64,000 nucleotides of DNA from Squalus acanthias (taxonomy: Eukaryota): positions 45,696,001 to 45,760,000 of the forward strand of contig CM059432.1 in assembly GCA_030390025.1 (NCBI GenBank). Direction: 5' to 3'. Shown here piece after piece: positions 47,165 through 58,167 of the stretch. Within the stretch, counting starts at the first letter, position 1, and each line of letters opens with the position of its first letter. Below the pieces are notes generated by a model. The model had not been told where the DNA came from. It did no database searches and saw only the letters and a list, made by a program, of their open reading frames with translations. Both the position numbers and the translations under genes were made by a program.

Positions 47165-48668
47165 TTTATTCATTCACGGGATGTTGGCATCGCTGGCAAG
47201 GCCAGCATTTATTGCCCATCGCTAATTGCTCGAGAAGGTGGTGGTGAGCCGCCTTCTTGAACCACAGCAGTCCGTGTGGTGAAGGTACTCTCACAGTGCT
47301 GTTAGGGAGGGAGTTCCAGGATTTTGACCCAGCGACGATGAAGGAACGGCGATATATTTCCAAGTCAGGATGGTTTGTGACTTGGAGGGGAACTTCGAGG
47401 TGAAGGTGTTCCCATGTGCCTGCTGCCCTTGTTCTTCTAGGTGGTGGTGGTAGAGGTCGTGGGTTTGGGAGATACTGTTGAAGAAGCTCTGGAGAGTTGC
47501 TGCAGTTCATCTTGTAGATGGTACACACTGCAGCCATGGTGCACCGGTGGTGGAGGGAGTGAATGTTTAAGGTGGTGGATGGGGTGCCAATCAAGCGGGC
47601 TGCTTTGTCCTGGATGGTGTCGAGCTACTTGATTGTTGGTGGAGCTGCACTCATCCAGGGAAGTGGAGAGTATTCCATCACACTCCAGACTTGTGCCTTG
47701 TAGATGGTGGAAAGGCTTTAAGGAGTCAGGAGGTGAGACACTCACCACAGAATATCCAGCCTATGACCTGCTGTTGTAGCCACAATAGTTATGTGGCTAG
47801 TGCAGTTAAATTTCTGGTCAATGGTGGCCCCCAGGATGTTGATGGTGGGGGATTTGGCGACGGTAATCCTGTTGAATGTCAAGGGGAGGTGGCTAGACTC
47901 TCTCTTGTTGGAGATAGTCATTGCCTGGCACTTGTGTGGCGCGAATGTTACCTGCCACTTATCAGCCGAAGCCTGAATGTTGTCCAGGTCTTGCTGCATG
48001 CAGGCACGGACTGCATCATTATCTAAGGAGTTGCGAATGGAACTGAACACTGTGCAATCATCAGTGAATATCCGCACTTCTGAACTTAAGATGGAAGGAA
48101 GGTCATTGATGAAGCAGCCGAAGATGGTTGGGCTTAGGTCAATGCCCTGAGGAACTCCTGCAGCAGTGTCCTGGGGCTGAGATGATTGGTCTCCAACAGC
48201 CACAATCATCTTCCTTTGTGTTAGATATGACACCAGCAAGTGGATAGATTTCCCCCTGATACCCATTGACTTCAATTTTACTAGGGCTCCTTGGTGCCAC
48301 ACTCAGTCAAGTGCTGCCTTGATGTCAAGGGCAGTCACTCTCACCTCACATCTGGAATTCAGCTCTTTGATCCTTGTTTGGGCCAAGGCTGTAATGAGGA
48401 TGGAGCCAAGTGGTCCTGGCAGAACCAAACTGAGCATTGGTTAGCAGGTCATTGGTAAGTAAGTGCTGCTTGATAGCACTGCCGACGACACCTTCCATTA
48501 CTTTGTTGATGATTGAGAGTGGACTGATGGGGCGGTAATTGGCCGGATTGGATTTGTCCTCTTTTTGTGGGCAGGACAACCCTGGGCAATTTTCCACTTC
48601 GTCAGGGATGCCAGTGTTGTAGCTGTACTGGAACAGCTTAGCTAGAGGTGCGGCTAGTTCTGGAGTAT
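47165..48668 (-). mobile_element. family B LINE, 5'-truncated
   Basis: NPANYRPISPLS, WHQGALVKLKSMG, GVPQG, FTDDCT; same tail as the other family B copies. Confidence 0.88.
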
Positions 48669-50222
48669 TAATGCTGGCAGCTTTCCAGTACCTTTCTCCA
48701 ATGGCTACTCTTCATGTGTATCCCAAGACAGCAAAAGTCAGCAGGCTATTTTATCACTGGGGATGGGAACATTACAGTTGACCCTGGTCTTGCCCTCATC
48801 CAGTATGCGATATGTAGATATAGATATACACACGCAAACTTTCCAGAAGATGCCACCTGCAACGTTCCCGTTAAGCTGCGTGGCATAGACATTTAGAGTG
48901 TCCTGCAGGAAAAAGAAATATCAGCCAGGATTTTCAGTCCTGATTGTAATCGAACAACCCCCATTGGAAAGTGCATGATGTTGGGTAATGACAGGATTGG
49001 GCTCATCTCTGGGCACCCCATGGTCAAATGTCTGTTGTCACTTATTGTCTGGGGTCACACATTACAGCATGGCCACTTGGAGATCAGCTGGTGTTCAGGG
49101 AGCCATACACCAGCAAGAATCACCACAGCATTTTTGTTCTGAAGTCAAAGAATAAGATCATGGTTCTCCACTTGATCACTAGCTCTATTACAGTAGAGGA
49201 AGTTTGAATACATTAACTGAGGTGATCAAACTCTCTTTCTACCCATCTTGACTAGCCAGTAGCAAAATGTTAAGTCAATTTAGTGACATTAAACCAGCTG
49301 AGTAATGTTGGCATCCAGAAACAAAAAAATAGTCCAAAACAGCTACACAGGGGAGGGTAAATTGCTCCCAGTATTGGCAACAGTGAACTGTTGAAAACTG
49401 TGTCAGATATTCTAACTTTTAAAAGGTTATTAAAATACCCAAATTATTTAACAAATACATCAAGATGAAGTATTATGGATGTGGGTCCCTTACAGGCTGA
49501 GACAGGAGAAATTATAATGGGGAATAAGGAAATGGCAGAGAAATTAAACAAATACTTTTGGGGGGAATTTTCCCAGCCCTGAGGAGGCAGGTTTGGAGGC
49601 GGGACTGCCGGGAAAGTGGCAGAAACTGGGAGCGGGTACCTACCCCGCTCCCAACCCGCCTCCGTGCCATCTTCCCGGGAGGCGGGTCCCCGAGTCGCAC
49701 AGGGACCCGTCTCCTCGAGGCGGGAAGGGGATTAGAGCCAATTAACTGCCTGTTAACAGGCAGTTTTGAGGCTTTTCCACATTTTGGGCATTCTGCTGCG
49801 GGCTTCCTGGCAGGTGCGAACCTCGCCAGGGTCAGCGAGGTGAGCAGTGGGTCTGCGGGGGTGAAAGGGGTCGAAATGTAAGATGTAGAGGTGAGTGATG
49901 GGTGCAAGTGTGGACAGGCAAGTACGAGAGGTGTGTGTAAAGTGTTAGAAAAAGTTTCCTTACCTTTGTTTCTTCCTGCAGCCTTCAACCGTTGAGGATC
50001 CAGAGGTGCCTCATCTCAAGGGCAGAGATGACAGAATGGCTGCTGCATTCTAAGATGCTGCAGCCATCTGCTTTCTGCTGGAGAGAGAAGTCTTGGTAAG
50101 CCTATGTGCAAGGGCTCACCTTAGAACAGAGATTGTCAGTGTTTGACAGCTTCTCAAAGCTGTCAAACGCTGACAAATCATCTGTCAAAAAATTTTCAAC
50201 AGATGAAGCATCATATGCTGAC

Positions 50223-51640
50223 ATAACAACAGAAAACGCTGGAAAAACTCAGCAGGCCAGGCAGCACCCGTGGAGAGAGAAAGAGAGTTAACGTTTCAGG
50301 TCGATGACCTTTCGTCAGAACTGGGAAGAGCCGGAAATCAAATAGATTTAAGGCCAGAGTAAAGCTGGGAAAAGGGGGAGGGGATAAAAGAACAAAGGGG
50401 GAGATGAAGAGACATTAAGAGACATTAAGAGATATGCAAGGCTAGAGGTGGTGTTAATGTGACAGATTAAGGCTGAAAGAAGTGTGAAATCCACTGGCAG
50501 AATGAAGGACAGCTGCCAGCTTCTAGGAGGAAAAAAAAAAGGTGGGGGGGGGGGCAAATAAAAGGGTGGAAAAAATAAAATATAAATGTGATTGGAGCTG
50601 AGGTTATGATCTAAAATTGTTGAACTCGATATTGAGTCCAGAGGGCTGTAGCGTGCCTAAACGAAAGATGAGGTGCTGTTCCTCGAGCTTACGCTGCGCT
50701 GCCGTGGAACAGTGTAATAGGCCGAGGACGGTGAGGTCAGAGTGGGAGTGAAGCGGTGAATTAAAGTGACAGGCCACCGGGAGCTCGGGGTCCCCCTTAC
50801 GGACTGAACGGAGGTGTTCCGCAAAGCGGTCACCCAATCTGCGTTTGGTCTCCCCAATGTAGAGGAGACCACATCGTGAGCAGCGAATACAGTATACTAA
50901 ATTGCAGAAGTACAAGTAAATCGCTGTTTCACCTGGAAGGGGTGTTTGGGGCCCTGGACAGTGGGAAGAGGGGAGGTGTAAGGGCATGTGTTGCATCTCC
51001 TGCGCGTGCACGGGAAGGTGCCGGGCGAAGGGGAAGGGGTGCTGGGGGTGGTAGAGGAGTGGACTAGGGTGTCGCGGAGGGAGCGGTCCCTGCGGAATGC
51101 TGAAAGGGGAGGTGAGGGGAAGATGTGTTTGGTGGTGGGATCACGCTGGAGGTGGCGGAAATGGCGGAGGATGATCCGTTGAATGTGGAGGCTGGTGGGG
51201 TGAAAGGTGATGACAAGGGGAACCCTATCGTGGTTCCAGGAGGGAGGGGCAGGGGTGAGGGCAGAAGTGCGGGAGATAGAACGGACACGGTCGAGGGCCA
51301 TGTCAACCACGGTAGAGGGGAATCCTCGGTTGAGGAAAAAGGAAGACATGTCGGAAGCACTGGTATAGAAGGTGGCATCATCAGAGCAGATGCGGCGGAG
51401 ACGGAGAAACTGGGAGAATGGAATAGAGTCCTTACAGGAGGCGGGGTGGGAGGAAGTGTAGTCCAGGTAGCTGTGGGAGTCAGTGGGCTTGTAGTGAATG
51501 TTAGTCAATAACCTATCCCCAGAGATGGAGATGGAGAAGTCGAGGAAGGGAAGGGAAGAGTCGGAGATGGACCATGTGAAGGTGAGGGAAGGGTGGAAAT
51601 TGGAAGCATAGTGAATGAAATGTTCTAGTTCAGGGCGACG
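50223..51640 (-). mobile_element. 5'-truncated Penelope-like element (RT C-terminus plus GIY-YIG, one frameshift)
   Basis: YKPTDSHSYLDYTSSHP...SQFLRLRRICS (Penelope RT thumb), PCTRRRCNTC linker, LVYCIRC...YIGETKRRLGDRFAEH...GLN; 12-bp TSD TCATATGCTGAC at 50211-50222 and 51641-51652. Confidence 0.93.
50286..50322 (-). ncRNA. minimal type I hammerhead ribozyme motif in the Penelope 3' end (canonical core)
   Basis: Minus strand AGUU-CUGACGA-A-AGGUC(auc)GACCU-GAA-ACGU-U-AACU. Confidence 0.8.
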
Positions 51641-53586
51641 TCATATGCTGACGTCATCTGTCACTGGCTTTTCCTTAATTGGCTGGTAAGCCCGCAGGGG
51701 GCGGGCTTAACAAGGCCAATCAAGAGAAAATAGCATGCATTCATCAGACGTCGTTGGGAGCGGGACTAGAACCTGGAAGGCAGTAGTCCCGCCCCCAACT
51801 CGTCTCGGCTGGCAAAATCCAGCCCTTTGTGTCTGTCTTCATGGAAGAAGACACAAAAAACTTCCCAGAAATAGTGGAGAACCAAGGGTCTAGCAAGAAT
51901 GAGGAACTGAAAGAAATTAGTAAAAAAATAGTACTGGAGAAATTAATGGGACTGAAAGCTGATAAATCCCCTGGACCTGATGGCCTACATCCTAGGGTTT
52001 TGAAAGAGGTGGTTATAGAGATAGTGGATGCATTGGTTGTCATTTTCCAAAATTCCATAGATTCTCGAATGGTTCCCGTGGATTGGAAGGTAGCAAATGT
52101 AACCCCACTATTTAAGAAAGGAGGGAGAGAGAAAACGGAGAACTACAGACCAGTTAGCCTGACATCAGTAGTAGGGAAAATGCTAGAATCTATTATTAAG
52201 GACGTGGTAACAGGGCACTTAGAAAATAATAATAGGATTGGGCAGAGTCAACATGGATTTATGAAAGGGAAATCATTTTTAACAAATCTGTAGAGTTTTT
52301 TGGGGTTGTAACTAGCAGAATAGATAAGGGGGAACCAGTGGATGTGGTGTATTTGGATTTTCAGAAGGCATTCAATAAGGTGCCACACAAGAGGCTATTA
52401 AACAAAATTAGGGCTCATGGGATTGGGGGTAATGTAGTAGCATGGATTGAGGATTGGTTAATGGACAGAAAACAGAGAGTAGGAATAAACGGATCATTTT
52501 CGGGTTGGCAGGCTGTAACTAGTGGGGTACCGCAAGGATCAGTGCTTGGGCCTCAGCTATTCACAATCTACATCAATGATTTCGATGAGGGGACCAAATG
52601 TAATATATCCGAATTTGTTGTTGATACAAAGCTGGGTGGGAATGTAAGTTGTAAGGAGGATGCAAAGAGGCTTCAAGGGGATACAGACAGGCTAAGTGAG
52701 TGGGCAAGAACATGGCAAATGGAATATAATGTGGAGAAATGTGAAGTTATCCACTTTGGTAGGAAAAATAGAAAAGCAGAGTATTTTTTAAATGGTGAGA
52801 GATTGGGAAATGTTGGTGTTCAGAGGGACCTGGGTGTCCTTGTACACAAATCACTGAAAGTTAACATGCAGGTACAGCAAGCAATTAGGAAAGCAAATGG
52901 TATGTTGGCCTTTATTACAAGAGGATTTGAGTATAAGAGTAAAGACATCTTACTGCAATTATATAGGGCCCTGATGAGGCCACACCTGGAGTAGTGTGTA
53001 CAGTTTTGGTCTCCTTACCGAAGGAAGGATATACTTGCCATAGAGGGAGTGCAACGAAGGTTCACCAGACTGATTCCTGGGATGGGGGGGATTGTCCTAT
53101 GAGGAGAGATTGAGTAGACTAGGCCTATATTCTCTAGAGTTTAGAAGAATGAGAGGTGATCTCATTGAAACATACAAAATTCTTACAGGACTTGACAGGG
53201 TAGATGCAGGGAGGATGTTTCCCCTGGCTGGGGAGTCTAGAACCAGGGGTCACAGTCTTAGAATAAGGGGTCGGCCATTTAGGACTGAGATGAAGAGAAA
53301 TTTCTTCACTCAGAGGGTGGTGAATCTTTGGAATTCTGTACCACAGAGGGCTCAGTCGTTGAGTATATTCAAGACAGAGATCGATAGATTTTTGGATATT
53401 AAGGTGAATCAAGGGATATGGGGATAGTGCAGGAAAGTGGAGTTGAGGTAGAAGATCAGCCATGATCTTCTTGAATGGCGGAGCATGCTCGAAGGGCCAA
53501 ATGGCCTACTCCTGCTCCTATTTCTTATGTTATTAACTATTATAATAGCATAATACTGAATTATAATTGAACAGACCATTTCTTAC

Positions 53587-53742
53587 CTTTACATGAAATT
53601 CACCATCTAATAGAATATTTTGTGCCTTCAGGTCATGATGCAGCAATGGTGGGTTCATGTTGTGAAGGAAATTCACGCCGAGTGCAATTTCATATAGTAT
53701 GCGAAGTCGCAATGACCAAGGAAGTGTTGGATAAGTATCTTT
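53587..53742 (-). CDS. RIPK2: RIPK2 coding exon 3 (catalytic loop HHDLK)
   Basis: tgcag|AAA GAT ... GTA AAG|gtaaga; 156 nt; [52 protein letters not shown]. Confidence 0.96.
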
Positions 53743-54961
53743 CTGCATCAGAAAAATACAAGTCTGTTTTTAGAAGAGACCTCATCTGGAAAGATAGATG
53801 ATTGTGCATCTGACTCCGCTATAGAATTTCGACTCCGCTATAGAATTTAACATTTTTAAGTTTGTTAAAAGCAGAAGTTGTCTAGCCTGTTAACAGTTAG
53901 CCCAGCCACAGAAAATCTCATGATTAGTTGTAAACATATAGTTGGAGGATCCAGTTTTCAAATACCAACTAACAGATGAATGTATTCCACCTCCACCAAC
54001 CTTTTCTCTTGCTGGCACACAAGACTCTTTAAAGTATTTTTCACCCCTACACTTCTCAATGAGAGCTGGTGTGCAACCTGCTCCAACACTCCAACCAATG
54101 CCTGTCTCAAAGCAGCCACTGGGAGAGGCACTAGAGAGGGAGGAGTGTGGAAGTGCATTTCCTCTATGAGGAAGTATCTAGCATATACTAGGGCACTCAT
54201 CATAATAGTACCACAGAGATCAGAAACGAAGAGGTGGTGGTGGGGGGTGGGGGTTGTGCCGGGGCGCGGAGAAGGTAGTACGAATCTATACCCAGCACCT
54301 CCGTAGCATAATCTGAAATACCCATACCTTAAAACATGAGCTGTGGAAACAAAATGTTACTTCAAGACACAATTTTGGTACTTTATGAAATAATTTTTTG
54401 GCAGTGAAAGGTCTAACAGTAACCAATGTAATGTAACAAATTTTTGGAGCCAAAGGACAAACTCCAATTGGAAGATTACACTAAGAATTTAAAATCCACT
54501 CTTCTGTAGAATTTCAAACAAAGATAATGACAAATAGTCTGGAGAGGAAAATTATTATCCAATGGAACATCAAACTAATTTGGCCATTCATGTTAACTAG
54601 GCATCTGATAATCCAGTAACCAGACTAAATGATTTAGATCTAAATCTCCAGTTAATAGTCAAGATGGAAATCCTGCTCTGATTATGCATTTTAAAGCCAA
54701 AGTTTTCCCATAGATTAGTGTGTTATACTGCACACATTTACTAGGCCTTCACACTTCCTACAATACAACACTGACTACACTTCAAAAGTGTTTAATTGGC
54801 TGTAAAATGCATTGGGATAGCCTGAGGTCGTGAAAGGTGCTATATAAATGCAAGTCTTTCTTTTTTTAATCATTTCTTTCCAAGGTTTGCTAAAAGAAAT
54901 TACATGTTAACAATGTGCACAGAATAACTACCACAGGAACATCTTCACTGGAACACATTAC

Positions 54962-55115
54962 CTGATGAAGAAGTTGGTCCAAAGACCCATTGCTCATATA
55001 TTCCGTCACAATGCCCATGAATTCAGGTTCATTGCAAATACCATAAATTTGGATTATGTGGGAAAATCTGGCTCTGTGCAAGACCTCTGCTTCCTTCAAT
55101 AGACTGTTCCTTTCC
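54962..55115 (-). CDS. RIPK2: RIPK2 coding exon 2 (kinase N-lobe, alphaC helix, gatekeeper)
   Basis: cctaag|G GAA AGG ... CAT CAG|gtaatg; 154 nt; translates [51 protein letters not shown], matching vertebrate RIPK2 exon 2. Confidence 0.95.
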
Positions 55116-55752
55116 CTTAGGAAAAAAAGAAAAAGAAATATTGAAACCATTCACAGAAGCATTTCCTTTGTCGCTCAAAGGGAGATTATGAGGGAAGGGA
55201 AAGAGCCAGAGGAGTTATATATTGTTGTTGCATTGATATCACACCCAAACAACACAAAAATATGTTTGTAATGCAGTGAGATGTTTCAATGCAACAGTGA
55301 AAAATAAAGTTTTCAAAAGACACTTTACTAGTTATAATGTCCCTTAAGCATACAGGATTAGAACAAACTTAAAACACAGTACCCTGCGAATATCAAAGCT
55401 TACATGACCTACCATTTAAAAATAAAAGTGTGATTCAACAAATTTGAACTAATCATGATTACAGAAGATATAACTTGCATACCATATGATTAGAATACAT
55501 TTTGTAAATCCGTAGACAAGATGCAACTGGCAGCATCCAAAGGCACCACTGCACATAGATCTGCATTATTCCCAATAAGGATATTTGCACGGAGTGGCCC
55601 GACTCGCAAAAAGCGTGTAAATATTCCAATACAAATAATTCTATAGTATGCACCACCAACAGGTAGAATGAGTTTGATATTCCTCACAAAGGCTTGGGAC
55701 AAACTATTAGGTTGAAGTTAACTTGCCAGTAGAGAAATTTTATTCAGTACAT

Positions 55753-56552
55753 GTAGCCATCCTTGGCTACAAAGTACACCCACCTCCAAGTCAAAAGGGT
55801 ACTGGTTCAAGTTGCACTCTAGGACCTGAGCAGGTCATCTAGTATCACATAATCTTCAATGCAGTACACAGGGAGTGCTGTAATGTTTTAACTGCCATCT
55901 TTCAGATGAGACTGAGACCACGCCCCACCCCCTCCCCATCCCACGATCAGCCCATTCAGGTGTATGTAAAAACTTCGAAGAGGAGCAGATTTCTGACCAA
56001 AATTCTTCCCTCAATCAACAGCCGCAAAAACAGATCAACACCGCCATTAACAGATAAACACCACAACCTTCCATCTTTACAGCATCTTTAACATTAAAAC
56101 ATCCCATGGTACTTCAAAGATAGATATATCGCAAACAGATGCCGAGGCAGGAAAGCAGCAATTAGGAGGGGTGATCAAAAACTTGGTTAAAGAAATGAGT
56201 TCTGAGGATATTTTTAGAAGAGAGAGGTTCAGAGGCAGAGAGGGTTTTAAAGATGAAGAGGAGGATTTTAAATTAGAGATGTTAGGGGACAGGCAACTAG
56301 TTTAGGTTAGTGAGGATGGGAGCCATTGCAAATGGTCTGTAGTGGAGGATAGAATAACTGTACCAATTGGTGACGGGTTGTAAATTAACTGTCAATCATT
56401 TTGGTTGCTATTTGTGGGACGTTACTCTATGCAAACTGGCTGTCGCATTTGCCTACATACAAAAGTGACCTCACTTCAGAAGTAATTAATTGGCTGTGAA
56501 GTGTTTTGGGACATTCTGAAAATGTGAAAAGTACTATATAATGGACGTTTGT
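55753..56552 (+). mobile_element. decayed Deu-domain SINE split by an L2-like insert (about 56040-56385)
   Basis: B-box ggttcaagt, core gcagtacacagggagtgctg...ccatctttcagatgagac...ttccctcaatcaac; tail resumes near 56390. Confidence 0.65.
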
Positions 56553-56859
56553 TCCTCACTCAACTATAGGGTGCATCAAGGCCGAGCCCAATGCTATACT
56601 TTTCAACAAGGGTCACTAATTATAGATCAGGAGTGGAAACCATTGCTTATTGTTTCCCACTGTAACTTGGGAATACCAAAACTAATTATAGTCTCCAACA
56701 GTGCCACCACTAAGAACAGCTGAGCCAGCTCAGATCAGGGATTGATCCTGGGATCTTTCTGAACTGTATGGGCTGGAAACTGGGGCAGGTTGCGTAGGCG
56801 GGGGCTGGAGTTTCAGACAGAGTTTTAACTCCACAGCGTGCGTCTTTTGGCCCTGACAG

Positions 56860-57410
56860 ATTCTCCGCCCGGAAGTCAGTCTGATTGGCAAGCTTGGCTT
56901 GCAGTTGGGCAGGAAGCACTCCGGAGGAGGCCACAGGACCAGGTAGGTCTGAGCCCCAACCCTGGGGGTGGGGGAATCCGATCCCAAAGGGGAACCGGTC
57001 CCGAAGGGGAACCGATCCCCGACCCCGGGGTGGGGGGGCAATCCCGGGGAGTGGTGGGGGAGCTTCGGGAGCCGTGAGGAAGCATTCCTGCTCCTCCTGG
57101 CCTACAAGGATTGTTCCGAGGTTGTCATCGCTTCACTGCAGCTGCCGGGTTTCCCGAGACCTGGGAAACACAGCTGGCCACAGAAAAACCTGCAAAGTTA
57201 AGTTATATCCAACACTTCCAGCCTCATTAACATATTTAAAATGCCAACCCGCCTCCTGGGAGCGGGTTGCTGCCCGCCCCTTATCCCGCCTCAGTAAAAC
57301 CTGGAAGTCGGCGGGTTGGAGCCGGCTTCCCGACCCGCTCGGAATTTTTGCCCATTTAACCCCCCACCCAAATCCACACCCACTCGCTCACCTATGTTAA
57401 AATTTCCCCC
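56860..57410. mobile_element. non-autonomous TIR element (same family as 9391-10180)
   Basis: Shared internal motifs; terminus gttaaaatttccccc. Confidence 0.6.
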
Positions 57411-58167
57411 TGTTGCTCAGAATCACATCACGTGAAATATTTACCCACTGAGCTATCAGATGAACATTCCATACATCTAACCGATTGAATTTTTTCCAGT
57501 GACACAAGGATTTTCCCATAACTCATCTGTACTTGCATCACAATGGAATTTGCAAAGGGAAAATAAAGGGGATTTCCTCAGTGTGTTTGGGGCTCCTGTA
57601 AAAGTTGTAAAACTAAAACCAAAAGATTTATTCAGAACTTCTCAAAACTGTGGAGAAAAGTAATGATGCTGGAATTTATTTGTGTTGTGAAATTTAAATA
57701 AAGGGCAGAGCTACAAATTAGGATCGGTAACTGCTTTTCTTAAACAATGAAAATTGAGAATTTTTTCTCATGGAACAACAACAGTGAAGCAACTCTGTCC
57801 ACAAGGAAAAATCCAAGAATCGAATAACAGCTCTGAAGCAATGTGAGCTGGGGAAGGAGAGTTCTTGCAAGTCGACAACAATGAGTCCACTTCAAAAGGG
57901 ACTTCAGTTCGATGATGATCAATCCTAATGATGGATAGGATAAGTAGGAGTTTTTATACAGCCTCCTTCACACTGTCACGTCGATTAACTCCAGTGAGCT
58001 GAATTAATATTCAGCCAGACTTTTTTATATGTACATTTTCTCTTCAAAGTTAATGTGGCCAAAAACCCACAAATGCTGCATTCGCAGCATAAGTGCCAGA
58101 ATGCGTCCGCCTGAAACCTGCAGCGCTGGCCTTCGCCAAATCTGGCAAGACCATGGGACATGTACTG

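Larger units (their letters stand above)
49560..51825. mobile_element. non-autonomous Harbinger-like element (TTT TSD)
   Basis: TTT|GGGGGGAATTTTCCC ... GGCAAAATCCAGCCC|TTT. Confidence 0.75.
49478..53532 (+). mobile_element. CR1 LINE hosting a nested Harbinger derivative and a Penelope element
   Basis: EMAEKLNKYF|...|VSVFMEE continues after 51828; [27 protein letters not shown]; tail ctcctgctcctatttcttatg. Confidence 0.92.
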
